This document shows positions 9,234 through 17,790 of a stretch of DNA of 64,000 nucleotides, piece by piece (the first letter of the stretch is position 1; each line of letters opens with the position of its first letter). The stretch covers positions 136,401 through 200,400 of the forward strand of contig CAYYDR010000002.1 in assembly GCA_964470695.1 (NCBI GenBank). The letters are read 5' to 3'. A model generated the notes under the pieces. That model did no database searches and was not told the origin of the DNA. It saw only the letters and a program-made list of their open reading frames with translations. The position numbers were made by a program, and so were the translations under genes. Source of the stretch: an uncultured Gammaproteobacteria bacterium. GTDB lineage: Bacteria; Patescibacteriota; Patescibacteriia; Patescibacteriales; UBA12465.

Positions 9234-9755
9234 TTATTCAATGCAGCAGTCAATTACTTTTTTAACTAGGGCACCTAGTCGTCCGGTCACGCCTTTCTTT
9301 TCGGTGTTAAGGGCATCATCATCAATTTTTTTTACTTCGCCTAAGTCAATTAATTTCATATTCAGCCCCCAGAAAATAGAGTAGAGATCGTAAGCTTTTT
9401 TAAACATATCTTGAGCCTCTTCTTTGTTTCCCTTACCTTGGGCCTTGGTACCAACTTCCATTAGACGATAGGAAGCGGCTAAAAGATGTTTGGAAATGCA
9501 CCAGACCTCGCCCTCATATTCCTTAATAATCTTTTTTAAGAGGTCTTTGCGCATGTCGCGTATTTCCGCCAGGAGATCATAGTATTTAGGGTTGCCAGTT
9601 TTGGAGCCGGTGAAGAAAAAATGTTCTTCAATGCTGACGAGATTCATGATAGCGATGCTTAAATCTTGATCAGAAGATAAATCAAGGACATTGTCCTTCT
9701 TCATCTTATCAACTTTTTCAATCATCTCGTTCAGGCTTAATATTTTATCGGACAT
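9234..9755 (-). CDS. Hypothetical cytoplasmic protein
   Basis: 173-aa ORF, helical and charged, with no recognisable motif. The antisense ORF 9172..9384 is discounted. Confidence 0.5.
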   Translation of the reverse strand: MSDKILSLNEMIEKVDKMKKDNVLDLSSDQDLSIAIMNLVSIEEHFFFTGSKTGNPKYYDLLAEIRDMRKDLLKKIIKEYEGEVWCISKHLLAASYRLMEVGTKAQGKGNKEEAQDMFKKAYDLYSIFWGLNMKLIDLGEVKKIDDDALNTEKKGVTGRLGALVKKVIDCCIE

Positions 9756-9769
9756 ATAGATTTTAATTA

Positions 9770-10282
9770 TTATCTAGTTAAAAAATAAAAAATAAAGCTC
9801 AAAACAGCTAGAGCACTGACCGGGAGAGCGACTTTTTCAAAAGGGAAATGGGCGCGGCCATTCTTAGCTTTCATTTTATCGTAGCTGATAGTAGCGATTA
9901 AGAAGCCTAGGCTGCCAAAAATAGTACCGAGGATTAATTTATCAACTCCCCAGAGGCGATTAGCCGGATGGCCAATTAAATCTTGGGACCAAAGGGGCCA
10001 AAAAGTCAGACCATAGTAAAGGATGACGACTAAAATATCACGCAGGTCTTTATTGCCGAATAAATAATTTTTTTTATTAAACCAGTTAATGGTCCAGATG
10101 ATGAGCGCAACCATCATCCCGCCTATCCAGACTCCGGCAATAGTATCATCTATGCCTAGATATTCACTTAAACCTAAACCAGCGCCGACGGCGATTACGC
10201 AGACTGGGCAGACCGCCTTAGCGGGCAGGGCGGTTAAGCCTAGAATGAGAGCGGGGGACAGAGAATATATTAATTTTTTCAT
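9770..10282 (-). CDS. Hypothetical membrane protein with CPVC motif at the first TM
   Basis: 170 aa. A signal-like N-terminus is followed by AVCPVCVIAVGAGLG and about 4 further hydrophobic segments. Confidence 0.5.
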   Translation of the reverse strand: MKKLIYSLSPALILGLTALPAKAVCPVCVIAVGAGLGLSEYLGIDDTIAGVWIGGMMVALIIWTINWFNKKNYLFGNKDLRDILVVILYYGLTFWPLWSQDLIGHPANRLWGVDKLILGTIFGSLGFLIATISYDKMKAKNGRAHFPFEKVALPVSALAVLSFIFYFLTR

Positions 10283-10319
10283 AAATTTTGTTAAGTGGGA
10301 AAGTTATTTAGCCTTAGAA

Positions 10320-10670
10320 CTATTTAGTCTTAAAGTAAGCAATTATATCTTGGTCGCCCATATAGCATTTGCTTCCGTCAAAGAAGAAGGGGACGCCTAG
10401 GCCCTGGCTTAAATCCAATCCGCATTGGCGGGCTTTGCGTTCCAGAAGCGTAGAATTAGCCTGGCTACTAGAGACTTCCTTTTTTTGGAAATCCAGTTTA
10501 GATTCTATCCCGTTATCCGCTATATATTGCTCTACTATTTTGCAATGTGGACACGAGGTACTATAAAAAAGAATCATTTTACTCTGGCTGTTCGCCAAAA
10601 TATAAGCGCCGCCAAAGATAATGACTAGCGATATGATAATTATAGGCCAATATTTTTTCAGGTTGGTCAT
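10320..10670 (-). CDS. Membrane-anchored glutaredoxin/thioredoxin-fold protein (CPHC)
   Basis: N-terminal TM (YWPIIIISLVIIFGGAYIL), then MILFYSTSCPHCKIVEQYI and GVPFFF (cis-Pro region), as in Grx/NrdH-like folds. Confidence 0.7.
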   Translation of the reverse strand: MTNLKKYWPIIIISLVIIFGGAYILANSQSKMILFYSTSCPHCKIVEQYIADNGIESKLDFQKKEVSSSQANSTLLERKARQCGLDLSQGLGVPFFFDGSKCYMGDQDIIAYFKTK

Positions 10671-10799
10671 AAATTTTTATTATAAATTAAAAGTACATAC
10701 ATAGTAACATTTTTAACCTTTTCAGTCTATTTTCTTGGGGTTTTTATTAGCCGAGTTTATAACAGAATTAGGGTTAGGAGTTAGACAGTAAATTGAGAT

Positions 10800-12545
10800 T
10801 TAAGAGCGAACTTTAATTTTAGCCAAAACTTCGGCAATAAACTTATCTTTAGCTATTTCTCTAGTTTCAATGGCGCCGCGATCTCGGACATTAAGGACGG
10901 GGGCGCTGGCTTCCTTGTCGCCGATTACTAGCATATAAGGGACTTTTTCGTTAACTGCTTTGCGGATTTTATTGCCCACGGTTTCATTGGCGTCGTCTAC
11001 TTCTACGCGTAGTCCGGCCGCCTGTAATTCTTCGGCCAGCTTACGGCAAGCGGCGACATGCGCTTCGGCTACTGACACGATTTTGATTTGGACTGGCGCT
11101 AGCCAGACTGGGAAAATGCCTGAGTAATGTTCAATAATGACACCCATAAATCTTTCTAAGGAGCCTAAGAGAGCGCGGTGAATAACCACGGGAGTTTTCT
11201 TACTGCCGTCGGAATCGGTATAGGTTAATTCAAAGCGCTGGGGCATTTGGAAGTCTAGCTGAACGGTCGCTAACTGCCACTGTCGGCCGATAGCATCTTT
11301 TACTTTAACATCTATTTTCGGGCCATAAAAAGCGCCGTCGCCCTCATTAATTTTATAATCTAACTGGGCATTTTTAAGAGCGGATTTCAAGTTATCTTCG
11401 GCAGCGTCCCAAGTCGCTTTTTCGCCCATAAATTTCTCTGGGCGAGTAGAAAGATGTATCTCATCTATTTTTAAGTCAAAAATTTTATAAATTGCCTTCA
11501 CTTTTTCTAGCAACGCGGAAATTTCGTCAATAATTTGATCGGATCGGCAGAAGATATGAGTATCATCCTGCGATAAACTGCGGACGCGGGTCAGGCCATG
11601 GAGAGTGCCGGATTTTTCGTTGCGATATAAAGTCGTAGTTTCTGCTAGGCGCAATGGCAAATCGCGATAGGAATGGATGTCGCGCTTAAAAACTAGCATA
11701 TGGGCTGGGCAGTTCATCGGTTTAATGCCTAGGTCGCAGTTATCTTCGGCGTGGTGGAGAATAAACATATCTTCCTGATAATGCCCCCAATGGCCGGAAG
11801 TTTTCCAAATTTCCGCGTTTAATAATTGGGGCGTGCGGACTTCTTGGTAGCCTTCGCCGTAAGAATATTCGCGAGCGACTTTGAGGAGCTCATTTAAAAT
11901 AATAAAGCCTTTCGGTAAAAAGAAGGGAATGCCGGGCGCGTATTCATGGAGCATGATTAAGTCTTGTTCTTTACCGATTTTACGATGGTCGCGTTTTTCG
12001 GCTTCGGCCATGATTTTTAAATATTCATCCAGTTCTTCTTTAGTATCAAAGGCGAGCCCATAAATTCTGGTGAGCATTTTGTTTTTTTCATCGCCGCGCC
12101 AATAAGCGCCGGCCAGCTTGAATAATTTATAGCTCCCCGGTTTTATCTGGTTAGTATTAGCAACATGAGGACCGCGGCAGAGGTCGGTAAATTTTCCTAC
12201 GGTGTAATAACTAACCGTTGTTTCGCCTTTGTCTTTTAAGTCGCTGATTAATTCGGCCTTGTAAATTTCGCCGTTCGCTTTTTCTTCTTTAATAGCGGTC
12301 GCAACATCTTTTTCGGCGCGCTCAAATTTCAGATTTTGCTTAGCGAGGTAGTTCATCTTTTTTTCAATGTTCTTTAAATCGGCGTCAGAAACCTTAGTTT
12401 CGTTAAAATCAATATCATAATAGAAGCCATTTTCAATGGCGGGGCCGATGGCTAACTTAGCTTCCGGCCAAAGCTCTTTTATAGCTGAGGCAAGAAGGTG
12501 CGACAAAGAATGGCGCTTTACTTCAATGTTTATTTCTTCTGGCAT
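10800..12545 (-). CDS. thrS: Threonyl-tRNA synthetase (lacks the N-terminal TGS domain)
   Basis: RHSLSHLLASAIKELWPEAKLAIGPAIENGFYYDIDF (editing domain), class II core (HRALLGSLERFMGVIIEHY) and a C-terminal anticodon-binding domain. 581 aa. Confidence 0.95.
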   Translation of the reverse strand: MPEEINIEVKRHSLSHLLASAIKELWPEAKLAIGPAIENGFYYDIDFNETKVSDADLKNIEKKMNYLAKQNLKFERAEKDVATAIKEEKANGEIYKAELISDLKDKGETTVSYYTVGKFTDLCRGPHVANTNQIKPGSYKLFKLAGAYWRGDEKNKMLTRIYGLAFDTKEELDEYLKIMAEAEKRDHRKIGKEQDLIMLHEYAPGIPFFLPKGFIILNELLKVAREYSYGEGYQEVRTPQLLNAEIWKTSGHWGHYQEDMFILHHAEDNCDLGIKPMNCPAHMLVFKRDIHSYRDLPLRLAETTTLYRNEKSGTLHGLTRVRSLSQDDTHIFCRSDQIIDEISALLEKVKAIYKIFDLKIDEIHLSTRPEKFMGEKATWDAAEDNLKSALKNAQLDYKINEGDGAFYGPKIDVKVKDAIGRQWQLATVQLDFQMPQRFELTYTDSDGSKKTPVVIHRALLGSLERFMGVIIEHYSGIFPVWLAPVQIKIVSVAEAHVAACRKLAEELQAAGLRVEVDDANETVGNKIRKAVNEKVPYMLVIGDKEASAPVLNVRDRGAIETREIAKDKFIAEVLAKIKVRS

Positions 12546-12555
12546 ATAGTTTGCT

Positions 12556-12669
12556 ATTGATTAGGATAATGTTTTTTCGCTTAGATGATTTCTGTGGTAA
12601 AAATTAATTAACATTAATTTTTACTCTACGAAATCATATGCGCTCTTAAACATTATCCTAATCAGTAAT
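12556..12669 (-). promoter_or_regulatory. Long imperfect hairpin (~115 nt) between the T-box terminator and the thrS start codon
   Basis: Arm pairs: attgattaggataatgttt (12556-12574) with aaacattatcctaatcagtaat (12648-12669); gatgatttc with gaaatcat; gtaaaaattaat with attaatttttac. The 3' arm on the mRNA ends about 11 nt before the AUG. Confidence 0.45.
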
Positions 12670-12697
12670 TGCTATTTAGATATTTAATTATTTAATT

Positions 12698-12880
12698 AAA
12701 AAAAGTCCCTTCCTCACAAAAACAGCTAAAGCTGTTTTTGCCAGGACGGGACTATTAGTCTCGCGGTTCCACCTAGCTTTTCCCATTTATCTAAAATGGG
12801 AACTCTTTAAGATTGTTTACGCCTTAGGGATTACTCAGGACGGGCCTGACCGCGCTTGGTAAACGCAGCAATCAGCGTAT
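12698..12880 (-). promoter_or_regulatory. T-box riboswitch leader of thrS, with antiterminator and terminator
   Basis: The minus strand reads AAAGCUAGGUGGAACCGCGAG (T-box consensus AANNNGGGUGGNACCGCG; plus coordinates ~12759-12778). Antiterminator: helix GCUAGG/CCUGGC, 7-nt bulge UGGAACC, second helix GCGAGAC/GUCCCGU, loop UAAUA. Competing terminator: AGUCCCGUCCUGGC...GUGAGGAAGGGACU plus a U7 run (12698-12755). Confidence 0.8.
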
Positions 12881-12884
12881 GTTT

Positions 12885-12913
12885 ATTATATATTAGCCTG
12901 AGGTTTTTGTAAA
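12885..12913 (-). promoter_or_regulatory. Sigma70-type promoter for the thrS T-box leader
   Basis: Minus strand: TTTACA-N17-TATAAT (plus-strand tgtaaa 12908-12913, attata 12885-12890). Confidence 0.55.
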
Positions 12914-12944
12914 TATGGAGGGTTTTTAATATTTTGAAATGATT

Positions 12945-13673
12945 TTACCCCTTAGCTAAAACTAAAGCGTAAACATTTTTTGCTCCCGCCTCTTTTAGGA
13001 CGCGGGCGGCCTCGTTTAGAGTCGCGCCAGTCGTGGCCACGTCGTCAATTAGAAGTATATTTTCTCCGGGCGGGTTTGATTCAGCCCAAACAAAATTATC
13101 TTTAATATTAAGGCGGCGTTCGTCTTGATTTAATTCAGCCTGCGGCGTCTTATGTTTTAATCTCTTTAATTCTAAGCAAAGGGGATAATTAAAAGCCGTA
13201 CAGAATGGCCGGGCTAGCAGCTCGGCCTGGTTAAACCCGCGCCACTTAATTCGTTTTTTGGAGAGGGGGATAGGGACAACAGAAAGTTGCGATAGAGTTT
13301 TAGTATTTATTATTTGTTCGGGGCTAGTTGAAGCGGAGTTAGCTGCAGAGGAATTAATTGAATCGGGGCTATAATTTATTAGAGCTAATTGGCCGCCCCA
13401 AAATAAAATTAACCAACGCGATAAGATGGCGCCGAGGCTAGAAAGAAAATTATATTTAAATTTTTTAATCAGTTTGGCCAGGAGGGGATTATCATAGTCG
13501 CCAGCAATAAAAGTTTTAGTTATAAAAGGTGTGGCTAGGAGGAAAGATTTATTCGGGTCGCTAAACTCTAAACCGCGAAAGCATTCCTCACAGAGCAAAA
13601 GCCCCGGCTTCTGACAGCCGAGGCATTCTAGGGGAAAAAATATATCTAAGAGAAACTTTTTTAATTTTTGCAT
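12945..13673 (-). CDS. comFC: ComF-family phosphoribosyltransferase-fold competence protein
   Basis: N-terminal Cys pairs (CLGC...CEEC) and a C-terminal PRTase motif, ILLIDDVATTGATLNEAARVLKEAGAKNVYALVLA. Confidence 0.8.
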   Translation of the reverse strand: MQKLKKFLLDIFFPLECLGCQKPGLLLCEECFRGLEFSDPNKSFLLATPFITKTFIAGDYDNPLLAKLIKKFKYNFLSSLGAILSRWLILFWGGQLALINYSPDSINSSAANSASTSPEQIINTKTLSQLSVVPIPLSKKRIKWRGFNQAELLARPFCTAFNYPLCLELKRLKHKTPQAELNQDERRLNIKDNFVWAESNPPGENILLIDDVATTGATLNEAARVLKEAGAKNVYALVLAKG

Positions 13674-13696
13674 GATGTCTGCGGTCGCTTAACTTT

Positions 13697-14941
13697 TTAT
13701 GGCAGATTGACTTTATAGATTTGGCCGGTCTTTTTATCAGTGAAGTATAAAGTTTTGGTATCGCTAGGGACTATTAGCTGGGAGATATTATAAGCGCCAT
13801 CGGGAACGGCTACTAGTTCTTTGGTTCCGGTCTGGATATTTATTTTATATAGACTATCTTTGGTTTTATCGGCTAATTCAGGGAATAGTCCTGCCCCCTT
13901 CTCTAAACTATCAGGTACAGCACAATAGACTTCCGTATTAGAGGCAAAAGTACATTTACTGGCCCAAGTATTTAAATCAATGCTTTTACGGTTTTGACTA
14001 ATACTATCGCCTGAGGCGTCTACTATCCAGAGTTTTGGGTTAAGATTGTTGTCGCTATTATAAACACTATAGAGCAGGCGGTCGCCAGTAGTTGACCACT
14101 GGGGCTGGAAGCCGCGGCCCTCTATGATAGTTGATTTAAAATTTTCGCCGTTTAAGCCGACAAAGAAAACTTCTTGGCGGTTAAAATCAACCCCCTTAGT
14201 ATACATCGCAACAATTTGGCCATTAGGCGACCAGGCTGGGTAAACGGTTTTATCGTTAGTGCCAATATTTTCTAAGTTTATGGCCTTAGAGCCGTCCTCG
14301 CTAGAGACTGTTAGCCAGCGGTTTTCCGGGTCCAGGCCCAAACTTTTAGAAATTAACTGGCCGCTAGAGGGTGAAAAAGAAAAATCCTGCCAGTGGGCCG
14401 GCAGAGTCACCTGGCTTTTACTAGCAAAATTATACATTATTTTTTTCCCATCAGGATATTCAATAACCGCCTTATCTTTATCAGGCGCCCAGACGACATT
14501 TTTAACATCATAAAATACTTTATCGCTTAAAAGAACGGTCTGGCCGTTTTTATCAATAGTGTAAAAGCGCCCGTCATCTTTATTATAGTATTGAACCCCG
14601 CCGTTTTTAGATAGAGTCGGGTCCAGGGTCGGATATTTGGTTAGGGTTTCTGTCTTAGTTAGGCCGCCTAGAGCAATATCGCTAGGTTTATTAGGATCGG
14701 GGGCGCCGTTAATATTCTGTCCGGATGGCAGGGCGCCTGGCCCGCTAATCTCGCCACCAGTTTCGCCGCCTGGCCCAGCTGTTGGCAAGCCGCTAGGAGT
14801 AGTAGTAGAAAGTCCTCCGGCGACTGGGACGGACACGGGCGGACTAAAAAAAGTTCGCCAAATAAGCCAGCCAATTAGAATAACGAGCGCCAAGAATCCA
14901 ATCATCAAAAAAATTTTTTTATAGCGGCTGAAAAATTCCAT
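13697..14941 (-). CDS. Membrane-anchored TolB/PD40-like beta-propeller protein
   Basis: N-terminal TM, a Pro/Gly-rich linker, then repeated PD40-like strands (VVWAPDKDKAVI, FSFSPSSGQLIS, PAWSPNGQIVAMY, PQWSTTGDRLLY). Confidence 0.6.
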   Translation of the reverse strand: MEFFSRYKKIFLMIGFLALVILIGWLIWRTFFSPPVSVPVAGGLSTTTPSGLPTAGPGGETGGEISGPGALPSGQNINGAPDPNKPSDIALGGLTKTETLTKYPTLDPTLSKNGGVQYYNKDDGRFYTIDKNGQTVLLSDKVFYDVKNVVWAPDKDKAVIEYPDGKKIMYNFASKSQVTLPAHWQDFSFSPSSGQLISKSLGLDPENRWLTVSSEDGSKAINLENIGTNDKTVYPAWSPNGQIVAMYTKGVDFNRQEVFFVGLNGENFKSTIIEGRGFQPQWSTTGDRLLYSVYNSDNNLNPKLWIVDASGDSISQNRKSIDLNTWASKCTFASNTEVYCAVPDSLEKGAGLFPELADKTKDSLYKINIQTGTKELVAVPDGAYNISQLIVPSDTKTLYFTDKKTGQIYKVNLP

Positions 14942-15036
14942 ATTATCTCTTGTTTATTGTTTCTAAATAATATATAATTATTATATACTAAGCAGGCGGA
15001 TAATTCAATTCGTTTTGGTAACTCTTTATAAAGTTT

Positions 15037-16089
15037 ATGAGCCTATTTTCTTTAGGCGGGGACAATCTTTTTTTGGGAATTGATATTGGAGATTCCTCCC
15101 TCAAGATGGTTGAACTCAAGAAAAAAAATCGTCAGATCTATCTTTCCAACTACGCTTTCAGCGAAAATGTCAGTGAAATAAATTTCATGAAGATGGATGA
15201 TATTGGTTATTTAGCCCGGGCGATTAATAAAGTTAAAACAGAGGCGGGTATAGTCGGCACGAAAGTGACGGCCTCCTTGCCGACTTTCTCGGTATTTTCA
15301 TCTATCATCACTATTAATAACGTTGATAAGAAAGGAATGGCGCTCGCGGTCAACGAAGAGGCTAAAAAAGTTATTCCTTTGCCGCTTGAGGAAATGACTC
15401 TGGATTGGAAAATAGTGCCGGATAAAGACGGCAAGACTCAGAATAAGGGTAGCCAGCAAGTTTTTTTAACCGGCAGCCCTAAAAAATTAGTGCGCAAATA
15501 CATTGAAATATTTAAGTCGGCTAAATTAGAATTAGCTAGTTTAGAAACTGAAACTTTTTCTCTGGTCCGCTCGCTAGTCGGCGATGATAAGTCTAATATC
15601 ATGATTGTGGAGATAGGCGCTAATAGTACGGATTTCTCCATTGTTAAAGAAAGTATTCCAGTTTTAAATCGCAGCTTAGCGGTTTGCAGTTCTACTATTA
15701 CTAAAGTTTTATCAGAAAAGTTAGGCTTAACCTATGCTCAGGCTGAACAATTTAAATTTGATCTCAGCGTTACTTTAAATAATGATAAGGGTGAGGGCCT
15801 GCCGCAGCTGATTGCTAAAACCCTGGAGCCGATAGTAACCGAAATGCAGTACATGTTAGATTTCTTCCGTTCCCAGAATGAGGCGGAGGTAGAGAAGGTG
15901 ATTTTATCCGGCGGCGGCGCTTTATTGTTAAATTTGACTGATTATTTTTCTAAGCGCCTGAATATGAAAGTTATTGTCGGCGATCCTTGGAACCGCATTC
16001 ATTATCCAGCGGAGTTGAAATCAGTTTTAAGTGAAGTTGGTCCGCGCCTCGCCGTAGCCATAGGTTTAGCTATGCGGGAGATAGAATAA
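15037..16089 (+). CDS. pilM: Type IV pilus assembly protein PilM (actin-like ATPase fold)
   Basis: LGIDIGDSSLKMVELKK N-terminus, a second phosphate motif (MIVEIGANSTDFSIV), and position at the head of the pilNO-pilBC operon. Confidence 0.85.
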   Translation: MSLFSLGGDNLFLGIDIGDSSLKMVELKKKNRQIYLSNYAFSENVSEINFMKMDDIGYLARAINKVKTEAGIVGTKVTASLPTFSVFSSIITINNVDKKGMALAVNEEAKKVIPLPLEEMTLDWKIVPDKDGKTQNKGSQQVFLTGSPKKLVRKYIEIFKSAKLELASLETETFSLVRSLVGDDKSNIMIVEIGANSTDFSIVKESIPVLNRSLAVCSSTITKVLSEKLGLTYAQAEQFKFDLSVTLNNDKGEGLPQLIAKTLEPIVTEMQYMLDFFRSQNEAEVEKVILSGGGALLLNLTDYFSKRLNMKVIVGDPWNRIHYPAELKSVLSEVGPRLAVAIGLAMREIE

Positions 16090-16095
16090 TATTTT

Positions 16096-16740
16096 ATGTT
16101 TTCGTTTAAAGATAAAAATAAGAATCAAGTTCCCGTGCCCGGCGCTCCTAGCCGAGCGTCTATGCAAAACCCCAAAATCCTTGAGGTTAATTTGATTAAG
16201 GATGAGGCGGCCGTTTCTTTTGATTGGAATAAGAATTTGCTTTTCGCGGCTCTAACTATGCTCCTAGCGGGTTTTTTGGTGGCGGAAATATATTTTGGCT
16301 TAGCTTGGTGGGAGGCTCAGGAAGCAGAGAAGGCTCAGCCGCTTATTAACAGTGCAGCTAAGTTAAATTTAGAAGCGAGTAAACTAAAAAATCAGACCGG
16401 CGCCGCTTTATTATTTAAAGAAAAATCCGTCGCTTTTTCGGAATTGCTAGGCGATCATGTTCATTGGACTAATTTTTTTACTTGGTTAGAGAAAAATACG
16501 CTCAGCTCAGTTAAGTACCAGTCTTTTGAAGGCGGTTTAGATGGTTCTTATAATATAGACGCAACGGCTAAAACTTACGCGGATATTTCTTGGCAGGTTA
16601 AGGCTTTTTTGAGCGACCCGCTCGTCAAAGACGTGAAGGTTCTGGGAGCGGAAAGTTCTAAAGATGGCGATAAGCTTAAAGCGAACGAAGTTAATTTCGG
16701 CGTGCTCTTGACTCTGAAGCCGGAAATTTTTAAGAAATAA
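16096..16740 (+). CDS. pilN: PilN-like pilus alignment protein
   Basis: Short cytoplasmic N-terminus with EVNLIKDE (INLLP-like PilM-binding motif), a single TM, and synteny after pilM. Confidence 0.55.
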   Translation: MFSFKDKNKNQVPVPGAPSRASMQNPKILEVNLIKDEAAVSFDWNKNLLFAALTMLLAGFLVAEIYFGLAWWEAQEAEKAQPLINSAAKLNLEASKLKNQTGAALLFKEKSVAFSELLGDHVHWTNFFTWLEKNTLSSVKYQSFEGGLDGSYNIDATAKTYADISWQVKAFLSDPLVKDVKVLGAESSKDGDKLKANEVNFGVLLTLKPEIFKK

Positions 16741-16741
16741 T

Positions 16742-17374
16742 ATGCCCCCCCGAAACCAAAAAAATCAGAATGCGCTTAATCTTTTTCTGAATAATTATTT
16801 CAGCGCTTTTGTGTCTTTGGCTCTAATCATTTTTTTGTTGGGCGCTTATTTCTTGTTAATTTTACCGAAGTACCAGGGGACTTTAGCTATGGTCCAAGCT
16901 AATATTGAGACTCAGCAGCTTATTTATCAAAATAGCGCCAAAAAGCTAGCTAATCTTAAAGCTTTGGCAGAGGTATATAAAAAAGTCAGCCCGACGGATT
17001 TACAAAAATTTAATAGCGTCTTGCCTGATGCTTATGTGAGAGAAAGATTATTCGGTGAACTAGAAGAACTCGCTGGGCAAGGGGGCTGGATGATTAACAA
17101 GATTGCGATTGCTCCGCCCGATGATCCGACAAAAGCGGCCGCGCCGGTTGACCCGACGGCTAATGTTCCTGGTTCTAATATTAAAGACAAGAAATTAGGG
17201 CGCATAAGTTTGGAGATATCTCTGACAGCGATTGATTACGCAGGGTTAAAAAGCTTCCTAAAGATAATTGAAACTAATTTGCGCTTGTTTGATGTCACAA
17301 GCGTTTCCTTCTCCCCGTCTGATAGCATGGCCAGCCTGGTTTTAACTACTTATTATTATCAGTCAACTCCTTAA
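16742..17374 (+). CDS. pilO: PilO-like pilus alignment protein
   Basis: Single N-terminal TM plus a coiled-coil-like segment. Assignment is by synteny only. Confidence 0.45.
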   Translation: MPPRNQKNQNALNLFLNNYFSAFVSLALIIFLLGAYFLLILPKYQGTLAMVQANIETQQLIYQNSAKKLANLKALAEVYKKVSPTDLQKFNSVLPDAYVRERLFGELEELAGQGGWMINKIAIAPPDDPTKAAAPVDPTANVPGSNIKDKKLGRISLEISLTAIDYAGLKSFLKIIETNLRLFDVTSVSFSPSDSMASLVLTTYYYQSTP

Positions 17375-17376
17375 TT

Positions 17377-17754
17377 ATGAGAAATACCTATCGCATTATC
17401 CTTTATATTTTCATTTTACTGCTCATAATCAGCGGGATAACTTTATTTATTTTACGTAATTCTTTGGTTGGTTTTTTGGAGGAAACTAATAGTTTAGCGT
17501 TGGCTGTCCCAACAACTAAGGTGGCCGCTGATAAAGATATTCTCAGCGTGGAGATGCTTAAGTCGCCGCGCTTTACCGCTTTAGCTAAGAATGTGGTTAA
17601 TTTTGATTTTGATAATATTTGCTGGCGCCCAGATTCTAAGATAGTTAAAGCCGCGCCAGACACCGAGACGGCGACCGGCACTCCAGAAACGGTAGAGGCT
17701 CCCCTCAACTGCGCTAAGGGAAATAATCTGCCCTTTGTTATTAAGAAGAAATAA
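17377..17754 (+). CDS. Small membrane-anchored protein in the pilus operon (function unknown)
   Basis: 125 aa with an N-terminal TM. It lies tightly between pilO-like and pilB. The antisense ORF 17403..17888 is discounted. Confidence 0.45.
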   Translation: MRNTYRIILYIFILLLIISGITLFILRNSLVGFLEETNSLALAVPTTKVAADKDILSVEMLKSPRFTALAKNVVNFDFDNICWRPDSKIVKAAPDTETATGTPETVEAPLNCAKGNNLPFVIKKK

Positions 17755-17790
17755 GATCGGGACAGTTTAACGCCGATACTCATATTTATT

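Noticed and set aside
9172-9384. ORF-track CDSs 9172..9384(+), 10089..10400(+), 14637..14924(+), 17403..17888(-), 18486..18965(-), 19571..19957(-) and 48109..48324(-).
   Set aside because: Each is antisense to, or overlaps, a much better supported gene or RNA/terminator element. All have low-complexity or atypical composition and lack start signals.
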